The notes beneath the pieces were generated by a model. It searched no databases. It was given only the letters and a program-made list of their open reading frames with translations, and had not been told where the DNA came from. The position numbers and the translations under genes are program-made. A stretch of DNA of 64,000 bases. Source: Candidatus Magasanikiibacteriota bacterium. GTDB lineage: Bacteria; Patescibacteriota; Patescibacteriia; Magasanikbacterales; GWA2-37-8. Positions within the stretch are counted from its first letter, which is position 1; each line of letters opens with the position of its first letter. Positions 10,167 to 18,225 of the stretch are shown here, one piece after another. The stretch is from assembly GCA_046590235.1 (NCBI GenBank), contig JBKJTY010000035.1, positions 14,722 to 78,721 on the forward strand, written 5' to 3'.

Positions 10167-11603
10167 ATGTTCAAGCATACCAAAATTGGTGCGACAATTG
10201 GTCCGTCATGTGAAAGCATGGCTACTTTAGAGCAAATGGTTAAAGCGGGCATGAATTTTGCTCGACTTAATTTTGCGCATGGCACCTACGAATCACACGC
10301 TGTACTCATTAAAAGTATTCGTGCAGTAGAGAAGAAAACAGGGGAGCCTATAGCTATTCTTCAAGATCTTCAAGGACCGCGTATTCGCATTGGTGCCCTT
10401 CCGGACGCTGGTGTTGATGTAAAAAAAGGGGAAGTGATTGCTTTTAATACCAAAAATACAAAATATAATGGGAAACACATTCCAGTCGATCATCGTGAAT
10501 TACATAAGTTTATCAAAAAAGGACATCGTATTTTAATTGATGACGGTCGTATTGAATGTGAGGTGACAAAGGTTGCGGGCACGGTCGTCACAGCAGAAGT
10601 AACTCAGGAAGGTGTTATCAAATCCCATAAAGGCATCAACCTTCCAGACAGTAAATTAAAGATTCCTGCTCTTAGTGATAAAGATAAATCTGATTTACAA
10701 TTCGGTGTTATTGCAGGGGTTGATATGATAGGTTTATCTTTTGTTAGTACGGCAAAAGATATTAAGGACGTCAGAAAATTAATTGCCAAGTTTTCCAAAG
10801 AAGAAAAGATTGATATCCAGCCAATCGCAATCATTGCCAAGATCGAACGCGTTGAAGCGGTTAAAAATATTAAATCAATTATTGCTGAAGCTGACGGTAT
10901 CATGGTTGCTCGTGGTGATTTAGGTTTAGAGCTTCCAACCGGCGAAGTACCAATTATTCAAAAAAGAATTATTGAAGAATGTAACCGCCAAGCAAAACCA
11001 GTAATGGTAGCGACGCAGCTCCTCAATTCCATGCAGACCAGCAAACGTCCAACCCGTGCTGAAGCGAGTGATGTTGCAAATGCGGTTATTGATCACGCTG
11101 ACGCATTACTTCTTACAAATGAAACAGCTAGCGGTGACTACCCGGTGTTAGCTGTCGCAACAATGTCCTCGATCATCTTTAGTACCGAAAGTTCTGTTTA
11201 TGATGATTTAGCACACGCACCACTCCATAAAAAAGGTCTTCCAATTGATGAGGCTATAGTTGATATGGTAAAACTTCTCACCGATGAAGTTAAGGCCCAT
11301 GTAATCCTCGGCGCAACCAAAACCGGCCTATCCGCTCGCCTCCTCAGTCACGTCCGCCCAGCACTGCCACTAGTAATCGCCACCGATCGTGAAATCATCT
11401 GGCGACAAATAAATATCTCCTGGGGTGTTAAACCAATCCTTTTAAGAGAGCTTCCGGTCAGTAGCGAGCGATTTCTCAAGCTAGCAGAAGACTACCTCCG
11501 CACCAACAAACAAATTAAAACCGGACAAAAACTCGTTGTCGTCCTCGGTGAACCAGTCGGCGAAGCAGGCAGAGTCAACATGGTAGAACTTATAACAGTC
11601 TAA
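10167..11603 (+). CDS. pyk: pyruvate kinase
   Basis: N-terminal TKIGATIGPSCESMATLEQMVKAGMNFARLNFAHG, 478 aa, PK barrel plus C-terminal domain. Confidence 0.85.
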   Translation: MFKHTKIGATIGPSCESMATLEQMVKAGMNFARLNFAHGTYESHAVLIKSIRAVEKKTGEPIAILQDLQGPRIRIGALPDAGVDVKKGEVIAFNTKNTKYNGKHIPVDHRELHKFIKKGHRILIDDGRIECEVTKVAGTVVTAEVTQEGVIKSHKGINLPDSKLKIPALSDKDKSDLQFGVIAGVDMIGLSFVSTAKDIKDVRKLIAKFSKEEKIDIQPIAIIAKIERVEAVKNIKSIIAEADGIMVARGDLGLELPTGEVPIIQKRIIEECNRQAKPVMVATQLLNSMQTSKRPTRAEASDVANAVIDHADALLLTNETASGDYPVLAVATMSSIIFSTESSVYDDLAHAPLHKKGLPIDEAIVDMVKLLTDEVKAHVILGATKTGLSARLLSHVRPALPLVIATDREIIWRQINISWGVKPILLRELPVSSERFLKLAEDYLRTNKQIKTGQKLVVVLGEPVGEAGRVNMVELITV

Positions 11604-11628
11604 AAAACCAGCCGCTCGGCTGGTTTTG
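11604..11628 (+). terminator. rho-independent terminator after pyk
   Basis: aaaaaaCCAGCCgctcGGCTGGtttt directly after the stop codon. Confidence 0.55.
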
Positions 11629-11868
11629 TCATTCACAATAAAATGTCATTCAGAGCGAAGCGTGGAATCTTCCTATTGTTCAATCTACCATTTTTACTTC
11701 ACTATCGTTCTTTTATTCTCTTACTGTTGCACAGTTTGCTTGTCACTTTCTTTATAACTAAAGGAAGGTAACCCCTGCCTGCCGGCAGGCAGGAAAGAAA
11801 GTTTCGGGGGAAAGTAAAACTCGGCTGCGGCCTCAAACAGTTACTTTCCCCCGAACCCCCTAGCGAGT
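11629..11868. repeat. Copy a of a duplicated ~230-nt structured intergenic element (R1). It carries an inserted 20-bp palindrome at 11775-11794.
   Basis: About 85% identical over ~170 nt to 21659-21830 (gtcattcacaataaaatgtcattcagagcgaagcgtggaatcttcctattgttcaat...). The 3' stem gggggaaagtaa...ttacttccccc is replaced in copy b by gggggttgctca...tgagcagcccc, a compensatory change. Confidence 0.6.
11775..11794. repeat. 20-bp perfect palindrome CCTGCCTGCCGGCAGGCAGG (mini-insertion; second copy at 19211-19230)
   Basis: Present after GTAACC in R1 copy a, but absent at the corresponding site of R1 copy b (gtaacc|aaaagaaag at about 21798-21806). Confidence 0.6.
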
Positions 11869-11873
11869 GATTA

Positions 11874-13118
11874 TTAAAGAGTTGGGTAAAGAGGAAATTT
11901 CTTTGTTAACTCCTTAACAGAATTACGGATGTCGAGAAGTTTTGCTTCGTCTTTTGAATTCATAATAGTTTCATCAATCCAAGCTGCAACTAATTCCATC
12001 TCAGCTTCCTTCATGCCACGCGTAGTAAGTGCTGGAGTACCCAAGCGAATACCTGAAGGATCCATTGGAGAACGAGGATCATCTGGAATCATATTCTTAT
12101 TAACCGTAATGCCAGCCTTATCAAGTGCAACCTGCGCTTCTTTTCCAGAAAGACCTTTTTTTGTTACATCAATTAAGAGAAGGTGGTTATCAGTGCCACC
12201 ATGGCAAAGCGCATAACCTTTAGCGCGAAATACATTTTCTAAAACCTTCGCATTTTTCTTAATTTGCAAAGCGTATTCTTTAAACGCTGGCTCAAGGGCT
12301 TCCTTGAAGGATACAGCTTTAGCCGCAATATTGTTTTCGTGTGGACCACCCTGAAGGCCTGGGAAAACAGACTTATCAATCGCTGCTGCATGAATTTTTT
12401 TGCACATAATCATGCCACCTCGAGGCCCACGAAGGGTTTTGTGGGTGGTTGTAGTGACAACATCAAAGAGGGGAACCGGATTGTTCATTTGTCCACCGGC
12501 AATGAGGCCGGCAATGTGGGCGATGTCAGCCATAGTGAGCGCGCCAACTTCGTCAGCAATCTTTTTAATCGCTTCGTATTCAATTTCGCGAGAATAAGCA
12601 GAGTAACCAACTAAGATCATTTTTGGTTTGTGCTCGAGTGCCATTGCGCGAAGGTTGTCGAGGTCAATCTTGCCTTCAGCGTTTGTCTTATAACGGATAA
12701 AGTTAAAAATCTTGGCCATCGCTGTGACCGGGTGGCCGTGGGTCAAATGTCCGCCGTGGGACAAGTCCATACCAAGCACAGTGTCGCCCGGCTTCAAAAG
12801 TGCAAAGTAAACAGCAATATTAGCAGGAGCGCCCGAGAGAGGTTGCACATTCACGTGTTCAGCACCAAAAAGTTCCTTCGCACGATCAATTGCGAGCTGT
12901 TCCACTTGGTCAATATATTCGCAACCACCATAATACCGTTTGCCAACGTAACCTTCAGAATACTTGTTAGTCAAAACAGAACCAAGTGCTTCAAGAACAG
13001 CAGGGGAGACAAAGTTCTCTGATGGAATCATCTCCAAACCTTCTTCCTGGCGCTCCTGTTCGAGTTTAATACTTTTTAAAACGTCTGGGTCAAATTCTTT
13101 TAATGTTTGGGTGTGCAT
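11874..13118 (-). CDS. glyA: serine hydroxymethyltransferase
   Basis: [25 protein letters not shown], a PLP fold, 414 aa. Confidence 0.9.
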   Translation of the reverse strand: MHTQTLKEFDPDVLKSIKLEQERQEEGLEMIPSENFVSPAVLEALGSVLTNKYSEGYVGKRYYGGCEYIDQVEQLAIDRAKELFGAEHVNVQPLSGAPANIAVYFALLKPGDTVLGMDLSHGGHLTHGHPVTAMAKIFNFIRYKTNAEGKIDLDNLRAMALEHKPKMILVGYSAYSREIEYEAIKKIADEVGALTMADIAHIAGLIAGGQMNNPVPLFDVVTTTTHKTLRGPRGGMIMCKKIHAAAIDKSVFPGLQGGPHENNIAAKAVSFKEALEPAFKEYALQIKKNAKVLENVFRAKGYALCHGGTDNHLLLIDVTKKGLSGKEAQVALDKAGITVNKNMIPDDPRSPMDPSGIRLGTPALTTRGMKEAEMELVAAWIDETIMNSKDEAKLLDIRNSVKELTKKFPLYPTL

Positions 13119-13227
13119 AAAAAATAACCACTGAATAAAGCCTCCACAGATAGTGCGAATTAAATCATACCGATGTACCTTTAGAATGGGATTATAGTAA
13201 CACTAACTTTGGTGGGATGCAAGGATA

Positions 13228-13257
13228 TAAAAAAGTAGCTGGAAAGCTACTTTTTTA
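13228..13257. terminator. bidirectional terminator hairpin at the elp3 3' end
   Basis: aaaaaaGTAGCTggaaAGCTACtttttt overlaps the elp3 stop codon. Confidence 0.5.
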
Positions 13258-14902
13258 ATGTTTTAACCATATAAGTCTTCTCGAGTTTGTAGCCCCATTT
13301 GCGGTAATAACCACGAACGCCCACACCCGATATAACTGCCAGTTTATCAACTTTACTTTTCTTAACAATTTTTTCCGCCTGCAACACCAACTTTCTTCCT
13401 AAACCTTTATGCTGTGTAGATTCTTTCTGCTGCTTGCCGATACGCACTAGCTGGCCATAAGTATGAAGCTCGCGAATATACGCGCCATATGAGTTTAACT
13501 TTTTATTAGGATGGATAACTGGAACGGTAACTACACGCAAGCGACAGAAAGCAAACACTACTTGGCGCTTCTTATCTTCGTAGCTAATAAAATATTCAAT
13601 ACCACCACGAGTTTCGTATTCATCAATAAACAAAACCGGTTCGAGTTGTTTTGCTGTCCAACCGTCAGTATTCACGTGTCCGATTTCACGACAGCGCAAA
13701 CATTTGCACGTAGTACCATCTTTCTTCATTTCCATTTCAATTACTTGGCGAAGGTTGGTGACCTTGTTACCTTCTTCAATGTATTGGCCTGGAATATCAC
13801 GGATCAAGCGTGAGACACGGGAATAGCGAGGGAGGTGGCTTTTAAATGTTTTGATAATATCGATCAAGTCACGAGTTGGATATGCTTTGTATTTACCCTG
13901 CATAAACAAGTCGTACAATTCAGAACCCTTCACGACCGTGCAGGGGTAAATCTTAATCATATCTGGTTTAAATCCTGGATCAGTAAAAATACTTTCCATC
14001 ATCTCTAAGTCCATTTGCGGAGTAGCACCAGGTAATTGTGGCATCAAATGGAAGTCCACCTTATAGCCATAGTTACGGAGCAATTCAGTTGCTTCACGAG
14101 AACGCTCAGTTGTATGTCCGCGCTTGGTCAATGCTAAAACACGGTCGTCTGTATGCTGGATACCAAGTTCAAGGCGAGTACAGCCTTGTTCGCGCATCTG
14201 CCAAATAGTATGTTTGTTAATACAATCCGGGCGAGTTTCCAAGGTCAGGCCAATAATACGGTGTTTCGCACCTTCATTAAGTCTCTGTTGTTTATATAAT
14301 TCAGCTTTTAATTTTTCGAGCGAAGATGTTTCAGTCAGTTTAGTAAATTTCGGATTCTTTTTTCCGTAGGTATTGCACGCTTCAAATGATCGGAGGATAA
14401 ACCAATATTGGTAGGCGAGGGGATAGGAGTTCCAGGTACCGCCTTTAACAATGAATTCAATTTTATCAGTCGGATGTCCGTTATTTTCGAGCGCTTCAAT
14501 ACGACGGGCCATTTGCTCAAAGGGATCAAAATGTAACATGAGCGCGCGCATCGCGGCAGGCTCTTCAGACAAATAACTTTTCGGCATACGTTCGTCCAAT
14601 GGGCAATAGGTACATTCGCCAGGACATGGATATGGTTTAACTAAAGAAGTAACAATCGTAACACCAGATAATGTTCGGACGGCACGGCGCATTAACATTT
14701 TTTCAAGCGCCTTATTTTGAGTAATTCTTTTCTTCTTCAGCAAGGTATGGTAAACTCTCAAAAGTTCAGTTTTGGTCGGGAAACTCTTCTCACTTTTTAT
14801 ACCAGTCACCGTATCGCGTTTCAGGGTATTAAAAGCAGCCTCGTCTTTCGGGAGTTTAATAGCCGCAGCAAGAATAATTTTTTCAGCATTATGGTTAAGC
14901 AT
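13247..14902 (-). CDS. elp3: Elp3-family radical SAM/GNAT protein (tRNA U34 carboxymethyl-modification enzyme homolog)
   Basis: Radical-SAM cysteine cluster CPGECTYCP, a TIM-barrel radical-SAM region, and a C-terminal GNAT-like segment (QHKGLGRKLVLQAEKIV...). 551 aa. Confidence 0.7.
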   Translation of the reverse strand: MLNHNAEKIILAAAIKLPKDEAAFNTLKRDTVTGIKSEKSFPTKTELLRVYHTLLKKKRITQNKALEKMLMRRAVRTLSGVTIVTSLVKPYPCPGECTYCPLDERMPKSYLSEEPAAMRALMLHFDPFEQMARRIEALENNGHPTDKIEFIVKGGTWNSYPLAYQYWFILRSFEACNTYGKKNPKFTKLTETSSLEKLKAELYKQQRLNEGAKHRIIGLTLETRPDCINKHTIWQMREQGCTRLELGIQHTDDRVLALTKRGHTTERSREATELLRNYGYKVDFHLMPQLPGATPQMDLEMMESIFTDPGFKPDMIKIYPCTVVKGSELYDLFMQGKYKAYPTRDLIDIIKTFKSHLPRYSRVSRLIRDIPGQYIEEGNKVTNLRQVIEMEMKKDGTTCKCLRCREIGHVNTDGWTAKQLEPVLFIDEYETRGGIEYFISYEDKKRQVVFAFCRLRVVTVPVIHPNKKLNSYGAYIRELHTYGQLVRIGKQQKESTQHKGLGRKLVLQAEKIVKKSKVDKLAVISGVGVRGYYRKWGYKLEKTYMVKTLKK

Positions 14903-15598
14903 AAAGGCCTCGACATTATACAGAAAACACGGGATGACTACAACACGATTGCCGAGTCATTTTCCGATACCCGCCAACATGCGGGTGAACTGGTGCAGTT
15001 TAGACCATTTTTGGCTGAAGGTCAATACATCCTGGATTGGGGCTGTGGCAATGGCCGGCTATTGTACTTATTAAAAGATTTCGATATTCACTACTTCGGC
15101 GTTGACCAAAGCCAAGGACTTTTGAAGCAGGCTAAGAAAAACCCGCTTGTGGAGTTCCAAGATGCTAAGTTTTTTTGCACTGCGCACAAAGATAAAAAGT
15201 TTGATAACGATTACTTCGACCTCGTTTTCATGATCGCATCATTCCATCATTTACCTGATGAAAAAACTCGCCTCGCACAGCTCAAAAAGACTTTTAAAGA
15301 AATGAAGTCCGGCGCACGAATTATTATGGTTAATTGGAACCTAGAAAGCGACTGGGCTAAAGCAAAATTTAAAAAAGATTGGGAAAAAATTGATGAAAAT
15401 GATTTCTTAATCCCATGGAAAAGTAAGGATGGCGCAATCATCGTTCAGCGCTATTATCACCACTTTGAAAAACAAGAAATCGAAGATTTAGTAACAAAAA
15501 TCGGTTTCACTATTGAGAAACTGGCATTTGCTACAAATGGAGAGTGGAGTGATAAGAAAGCCGGTAAAAACCTCGTTTTAATCGCTAAAAAGCCCTAG
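14891..15598 (+). CDS. Trm9/ALKBH8-type class I SAM methyltransferase (putative tRNA cm5U methyl ester synthase)
   Basis: ESFSDTRQ (the Trm9 FSxTR motif), motif I LDWGCGNGRLL, FMIASFHHLPDEKTRL (compare IAVxHHxxxxERR), LIPW and QRYYHHFEKQEIEDL (compare ALKBH8 HRYYHVF). Its ATG at 14891 overlaps the divergent elp3 start (14900-14902) by 12 nt. Confidence 0.7.
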   Translation: MVKHKGLDIIQKTRDDYNTIAESFSDTRQHAGELVQFRPFLAEGQYILDWGCGNGRLLYLLKDFDIHYFGVDQSQGLLKQAKKNPLVEFQDAKFFCTAHKDKKFDNDYFDLVFMIASFHHLPDEKTRLAQLKKTFKEMKSGARIIMVNWNLESDWAKAKFKKDWEKIDENDFLIPWKSKDGAIIVQRYYHHFEKQEIEDLVTKIGFTIEKLAFATNGEWSDKKAGKNLVLIAKKP

Positions 15599-15624
15599 TA
15601 TAGCGACTGCTGTGGATAATTGCA

Positions 15625-15653
15625 TTGACCTTAGGCAAAAATAGGACTATACT
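15625..15653 (+). promoter_or_regulatory. promoter TTGACC-N17-TATACT driving the GC-rich cassette
   Basis: TTGACC at 15625-15630, a 17-nt spacer, TATACT at 15648-15653. Confidence 0.5.
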
Positions 15654-15667
15654 CGTTCAATAGTTAT

Positions 15668-15775
15668 ATGAATCATATTCAATCCTACAATTTGTGCGCA
15701 ATGAAGAAGTTGGTTATTACCACCTCTATTGTCGTGCGTTTTGATAGCCAGGGTGAATATGGTCTTCGTGCATAA
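15668..15775 (+). CDS. small ORF (35 aa) at the 5' end of the GC-rich cassette; possible leader peptide or small protein
   Basis: ATG 15668 ... TAA. The ORF is just downstream of the promoter; there is no homology evidence. Confidence 0.2.
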   Translation: MNHIQSYNLCAMKKLVITTSIVVRFDSQGEYGLRA

Positions 15776-15936
15776 ACAAGTGCATCAATCCATCCTTTCA
15801 CCCTGAACTACCAAGTTCGGGGCTTTTTTATGAGAGGGGTGTAACGTCGTTTGGAGCAGCCAGTTTTAAGAGAGATTGGCTGATCCAAAGGATCCAGTTC
15901 GCTATATCGGCGACTGTCACACGGCAGGAGTCTCAG

Positions 15937-16233
15937 ATGAACATCGATCGGCACATGGAAGGCATTCGCACTAGGAGCGACATCGAGAAGGAGCGCAAGC
16001 AGAAGGAGCGCGAGAAGCTCGAGGACAGCGTCAAGCTGTCGATGTGGATCGGGAACAACCAGAAGGCCAGGGGAGTTTTGCAGCTCCCGTCGGACATCAA
16101 CGTCCTTCCGGGCTGCGGCTGCGAGAAGAAGGACCAGATCGGCAAGAAGGGGTTCTCGATGACTCGCCTCAACGTGAGCCTGCCCTGGGAACACTACCGG
16201 TGCCCGAAGAAGGCTAAGAAGGGTAACGCCTAG
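15937..16233 (+). CDS. hypothetical basic protein (98 aa), GC-rich with foreign codon usage
   Basis: RBS AGGAG 7 nt upstream. Codons are strongly G/C-ending (GAG, AAG, CTC, GGC), unlike the flanking genes. Sequence is KERKQKEREKLED...HYRCPKKAKKG. Confidence 0.5.
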   Translation: MNIDRHMEGIRTRSDIEKERKQKEREKLEDSVKLSMWIGNNQKARGVLQLPSDINVLPGCGCEKKDQIGKKGFSMTRLNVSLPWEHYRCPKKAKKGNA

Positions 16234-16254
16234 TTTCCGAAGCTGCTGCCGTGC

Positions 16255-16310
16255 GGAGGGAGGCGGTCCATATATTTCGACGAACAGTCGAATACATGGC
16301 CGCCCCCTCC
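16255..16310 (+). other. long hairpin (15-bp stem with a nested inner hairpin) between the ORF and the ribozyme
   Basis: GGAGGGAGGCGGTCCAT ... ATGGCCGCCCCCTCC; the loop contains a TTCGAC/GTCGAA palindrome. Confidence 0.5.
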
Positions 16311-16312
16311 GA

Positions 16313-16383
16313 GCCTCTATTCTTTCCTTAGTAAGGAAACTGATGAGTCCCTGATAGTTATGAAGAGGACGAAAATAGAAGTG
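16313..16383 (+). ncRNA. hammerhead self-cleaving ribozyme, type III topology (predicted cleavage between 16322 and 16323)
   Basis: Helix III 5' strand CUCUAU (16315-16320), then UUC with cleavage predicted after it. Helix I is UUUCCUU-AGU-AAGGAAA (16323-16339). CUGAUGA is at 16340-16346. Helix II is GUCC-16 nt loop-GGAC, with G10.1-C11.1 conserved. GAAA is at 16371-16374. Helix III 3' strand is AUAGAAG. Confidence 0.6.
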
Positions 16384-16477
16384 TAATCATATAGATCAGT
16401 GAGTTGTTGTATGACGATTGACTGATCTACATGATTTTGCACTTTCACCGGCCACACGGCCGCATTGGAGGCAGCAC

Positions 16478-16657
16478 ATGTGTGAGGCAAAGGATGGTTC
16501 GTTTAGTGGCGTTTCCACACAGAGCGATCTTTCGCCTGAAGACCAGGCTGAACTCGCTAAGCTCGTTACGCCAACATCGGTCACACCGGTCAAGCCGCGC
16601 GAGCTCATCGATGCGCGCAAGCAGTGCTCGGAGCGCACGAAGCCGCCGATCTGGTAG
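16478..16657 (+). CDS. hypothetical small acidic protein (59 aa), GC-rich
   Basis: RBS GGAGG upstream of the ATG; same foreign codon usage as its neighbours. Confidence 0.4.
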   Translation: MCEAKDGSFSGVSTQSDLSPEDQAELAKLVTPTSVTPVKPRELIDARKQCSERTKPPIW

Positions 16658-16804
16658 TTCTTTTTTCCTCCCGGTCGGCCAGGTATGTGTACCTGGCCGA
16701 CCGCGGAGTTCAATCTGAACGATAAGCTATTTTTAAAAAATGGTTTACCGGTCCGATTGACCTACGACTACCATACCGGTGGTCTAAACAAAGGAGTAGT
16801 TCGC

Positions 16805-17194
16805 ATGAGCCGGCCGTTCAAGGTCTTTGGTGCGCTGAGCAGTGAAGGCCTCAAGTTTCTCGAGGAGTTCTTCGAGGGAGGAAAGGAGGAGTTCGAGCAG
16901 TCGCTGGCGTTGGTCCTCGACAAGGGCCATCTCAACCTGAAGAAGGGTGTGCGGATCGAGATCCAGATCCCGCTGATCGTCTTCACTTTGAAGGCGAGCG
17001 CGCAGACGAAGCTCGAGGGCATGTCGCTCGTGAGCGACTCGCTCGTCGAGGTCGCAAAGACCGAAAAGGGGAAGGAAAAGTTTTTCGTCTTCGAGCGCTT
17101 TAAGCTCGTTGAGAAGTACCCCGCCGCCAAGACGCCCCAGCTCGCGATCGTTCCGACCGAGGCGGAAGCTGGCGTCGCCGAAACGGCCGCCTAA
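16805..17194 (+). CDS. hypothetical protein (129 aa), GC-rich
   Basis: RBS AAGGAG upstream; G/C-ending codons; no recognisable motif. Confidence 0.5.
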   Translation: MSRPFKVFGALSSEGLKFLEEFFEGGKEEFEQSLALVLDKGHLNLKKGVRIEIQIPLIVFTLKASAQTKLEGMSLVSDSLVEVAKTEKGKEKFFVFERFKLVEKYPAAKTPQLAIVPTEAEAGVAETAA

Positions 17195-17213
17195 CGGTGG
17201 TCACAACACAATA

Positions 17214-17247
17214 GGGGATGGTAGCAGCTACGCTGGCTACCATCCCC
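17214..17247 (+). terminator. strong hairpin terminator closing the GC-rich cassette
   Basis: GGGGATGGTAGC-agctacgctg-GCTACCATCCCC, a 12-bp stem. Confidence 0.55.
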
Positions 17248-17315
17248 GAACCTTATTCTTATTTTGTTAACGTCCATCACGGCCGTTTTTTTATTTTTTA
17301 TGGTATAATAAAGCC

Positions 17316-18224
17316 ATGACACTTTCCATCATCCTAGCCGCCATCGGTTTTTCCCTCCTAGCGATCGTCACCATCCTCGATAAGTTTATTGTCTCCAACG
17401 AAAAAGTTTCACCGTTGGTCTTTGTTTTTTATTCTACTATAATTGCACTACCACTCGTTCTTATTACACCGTTCGCAGAACCGCTCGCCACTACGCGTCT
17501 CTGGATTTTTGCCGGTGTCAGTGGTACGAGTTACGCAATAGCGCTTTATACATTGTATAAAGGTTTTCAAGCTAGCGAAGTAAGTCATGTCGGGCCGCTA
17601 GTCGGTGCGATGGTACCAATTTTTACAATTCTTCTCAGCACATTTTTTGCTCCTGAAATATTTTCACAAAATCAAATGTTTGGGATCGGCTTACTCGTAT
17701 TTGGTTCTCTGATTATTTCAATTGAGAATGATAAACATTTTTTTGGTTGGCATGAAAGCATGTTGTGGGGAGTGGTAGCAGCATTTTTCTTTGCACTTTT
17801 TTATACGACGGCAAAACCAGTCTACGATGGTGCAGGTTTTTATCCGGGTTTTGTTTGGGTTTGGTTGCCAATGGGGCTGTGGGGAATCGCGCTACTCGTA
17901 TTTTCTAAAGCAGTTCGCAAGCATGTTTTTACAAAACGAAAAAAACAAGCAGCTACAAATCATAAAGACACACTTATTATTATTTCCAATAAAGTTGCGG
18001 CCTTCGCGGCTGTCGGTCTGACACAATACGCTGTCTCGATTGGGAGTGTAACGATCGTGAATGCGCTCACCGGTTTACAATATGCAGTACTTGTAACATT
18101 AGTTGGTGTCTTATCTCATTTTAAACCAAAATTATTTAAAGAAGAGTATACACATGGTGAGGTGTTGCAAGAAACACTTGCGGTACTACTTATAATCGCT
18201 GGTTTAGCTTTGTTATTGGTTTAG
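17316..18224 (+). CDS. polytopic membrane protein, probably a DMT/EamA-like transporter
   Basis: About 10 TM segments in two halves; there is an extended -10 (TGGTATAAT) upstream. Confidence 0.4.
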   Translation: MTLSIILAAIGFSLLAIVTILDKFIVSNEKVSPLVFVFYSTIIALPLVLITPFAEPLATTRLWIFAGVSGTSYAIALYTLYKGFQASEVSHVGPLVGAMVPIFTILLSTFFAPEIFSQNQMFGIGLLVFGSLIISIENDKHFFGWHESMLWGVVAAFFFALFYTTAKPVYDGAGFYPGFVWVWLPMGLWGIALLVFSKAVRKHVFTKRKKQAATNHKDTLIIISNKVAAFAAVGLTQYAVSIGSVTIVNALTGLQYAVLVTLVGVLSHFKPKLFKEEYTHGEVLQETLAVLLIIAGLALLLV

Positions 18225-18225
18225 T

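Noticed and set aside
13119-13246. Possible riboswitch (THF/glycine) in the glyA leader
   Set aside because: The leader between the putative promoter (TTGCAT-N17-TACTAT on the minus strand) and the start codon is only ~75 nt and shows no recognisable riboswitch core; it is too short.
15808-16194. 128-aa minus-strand ORF in the GC-rich cassette
   Set aside because: High GC makes long antisense ORFs likely by chance. The + strand ORF at 15937-16233 has a proper RBS and sits in a promoter/terminator-bounded unit.
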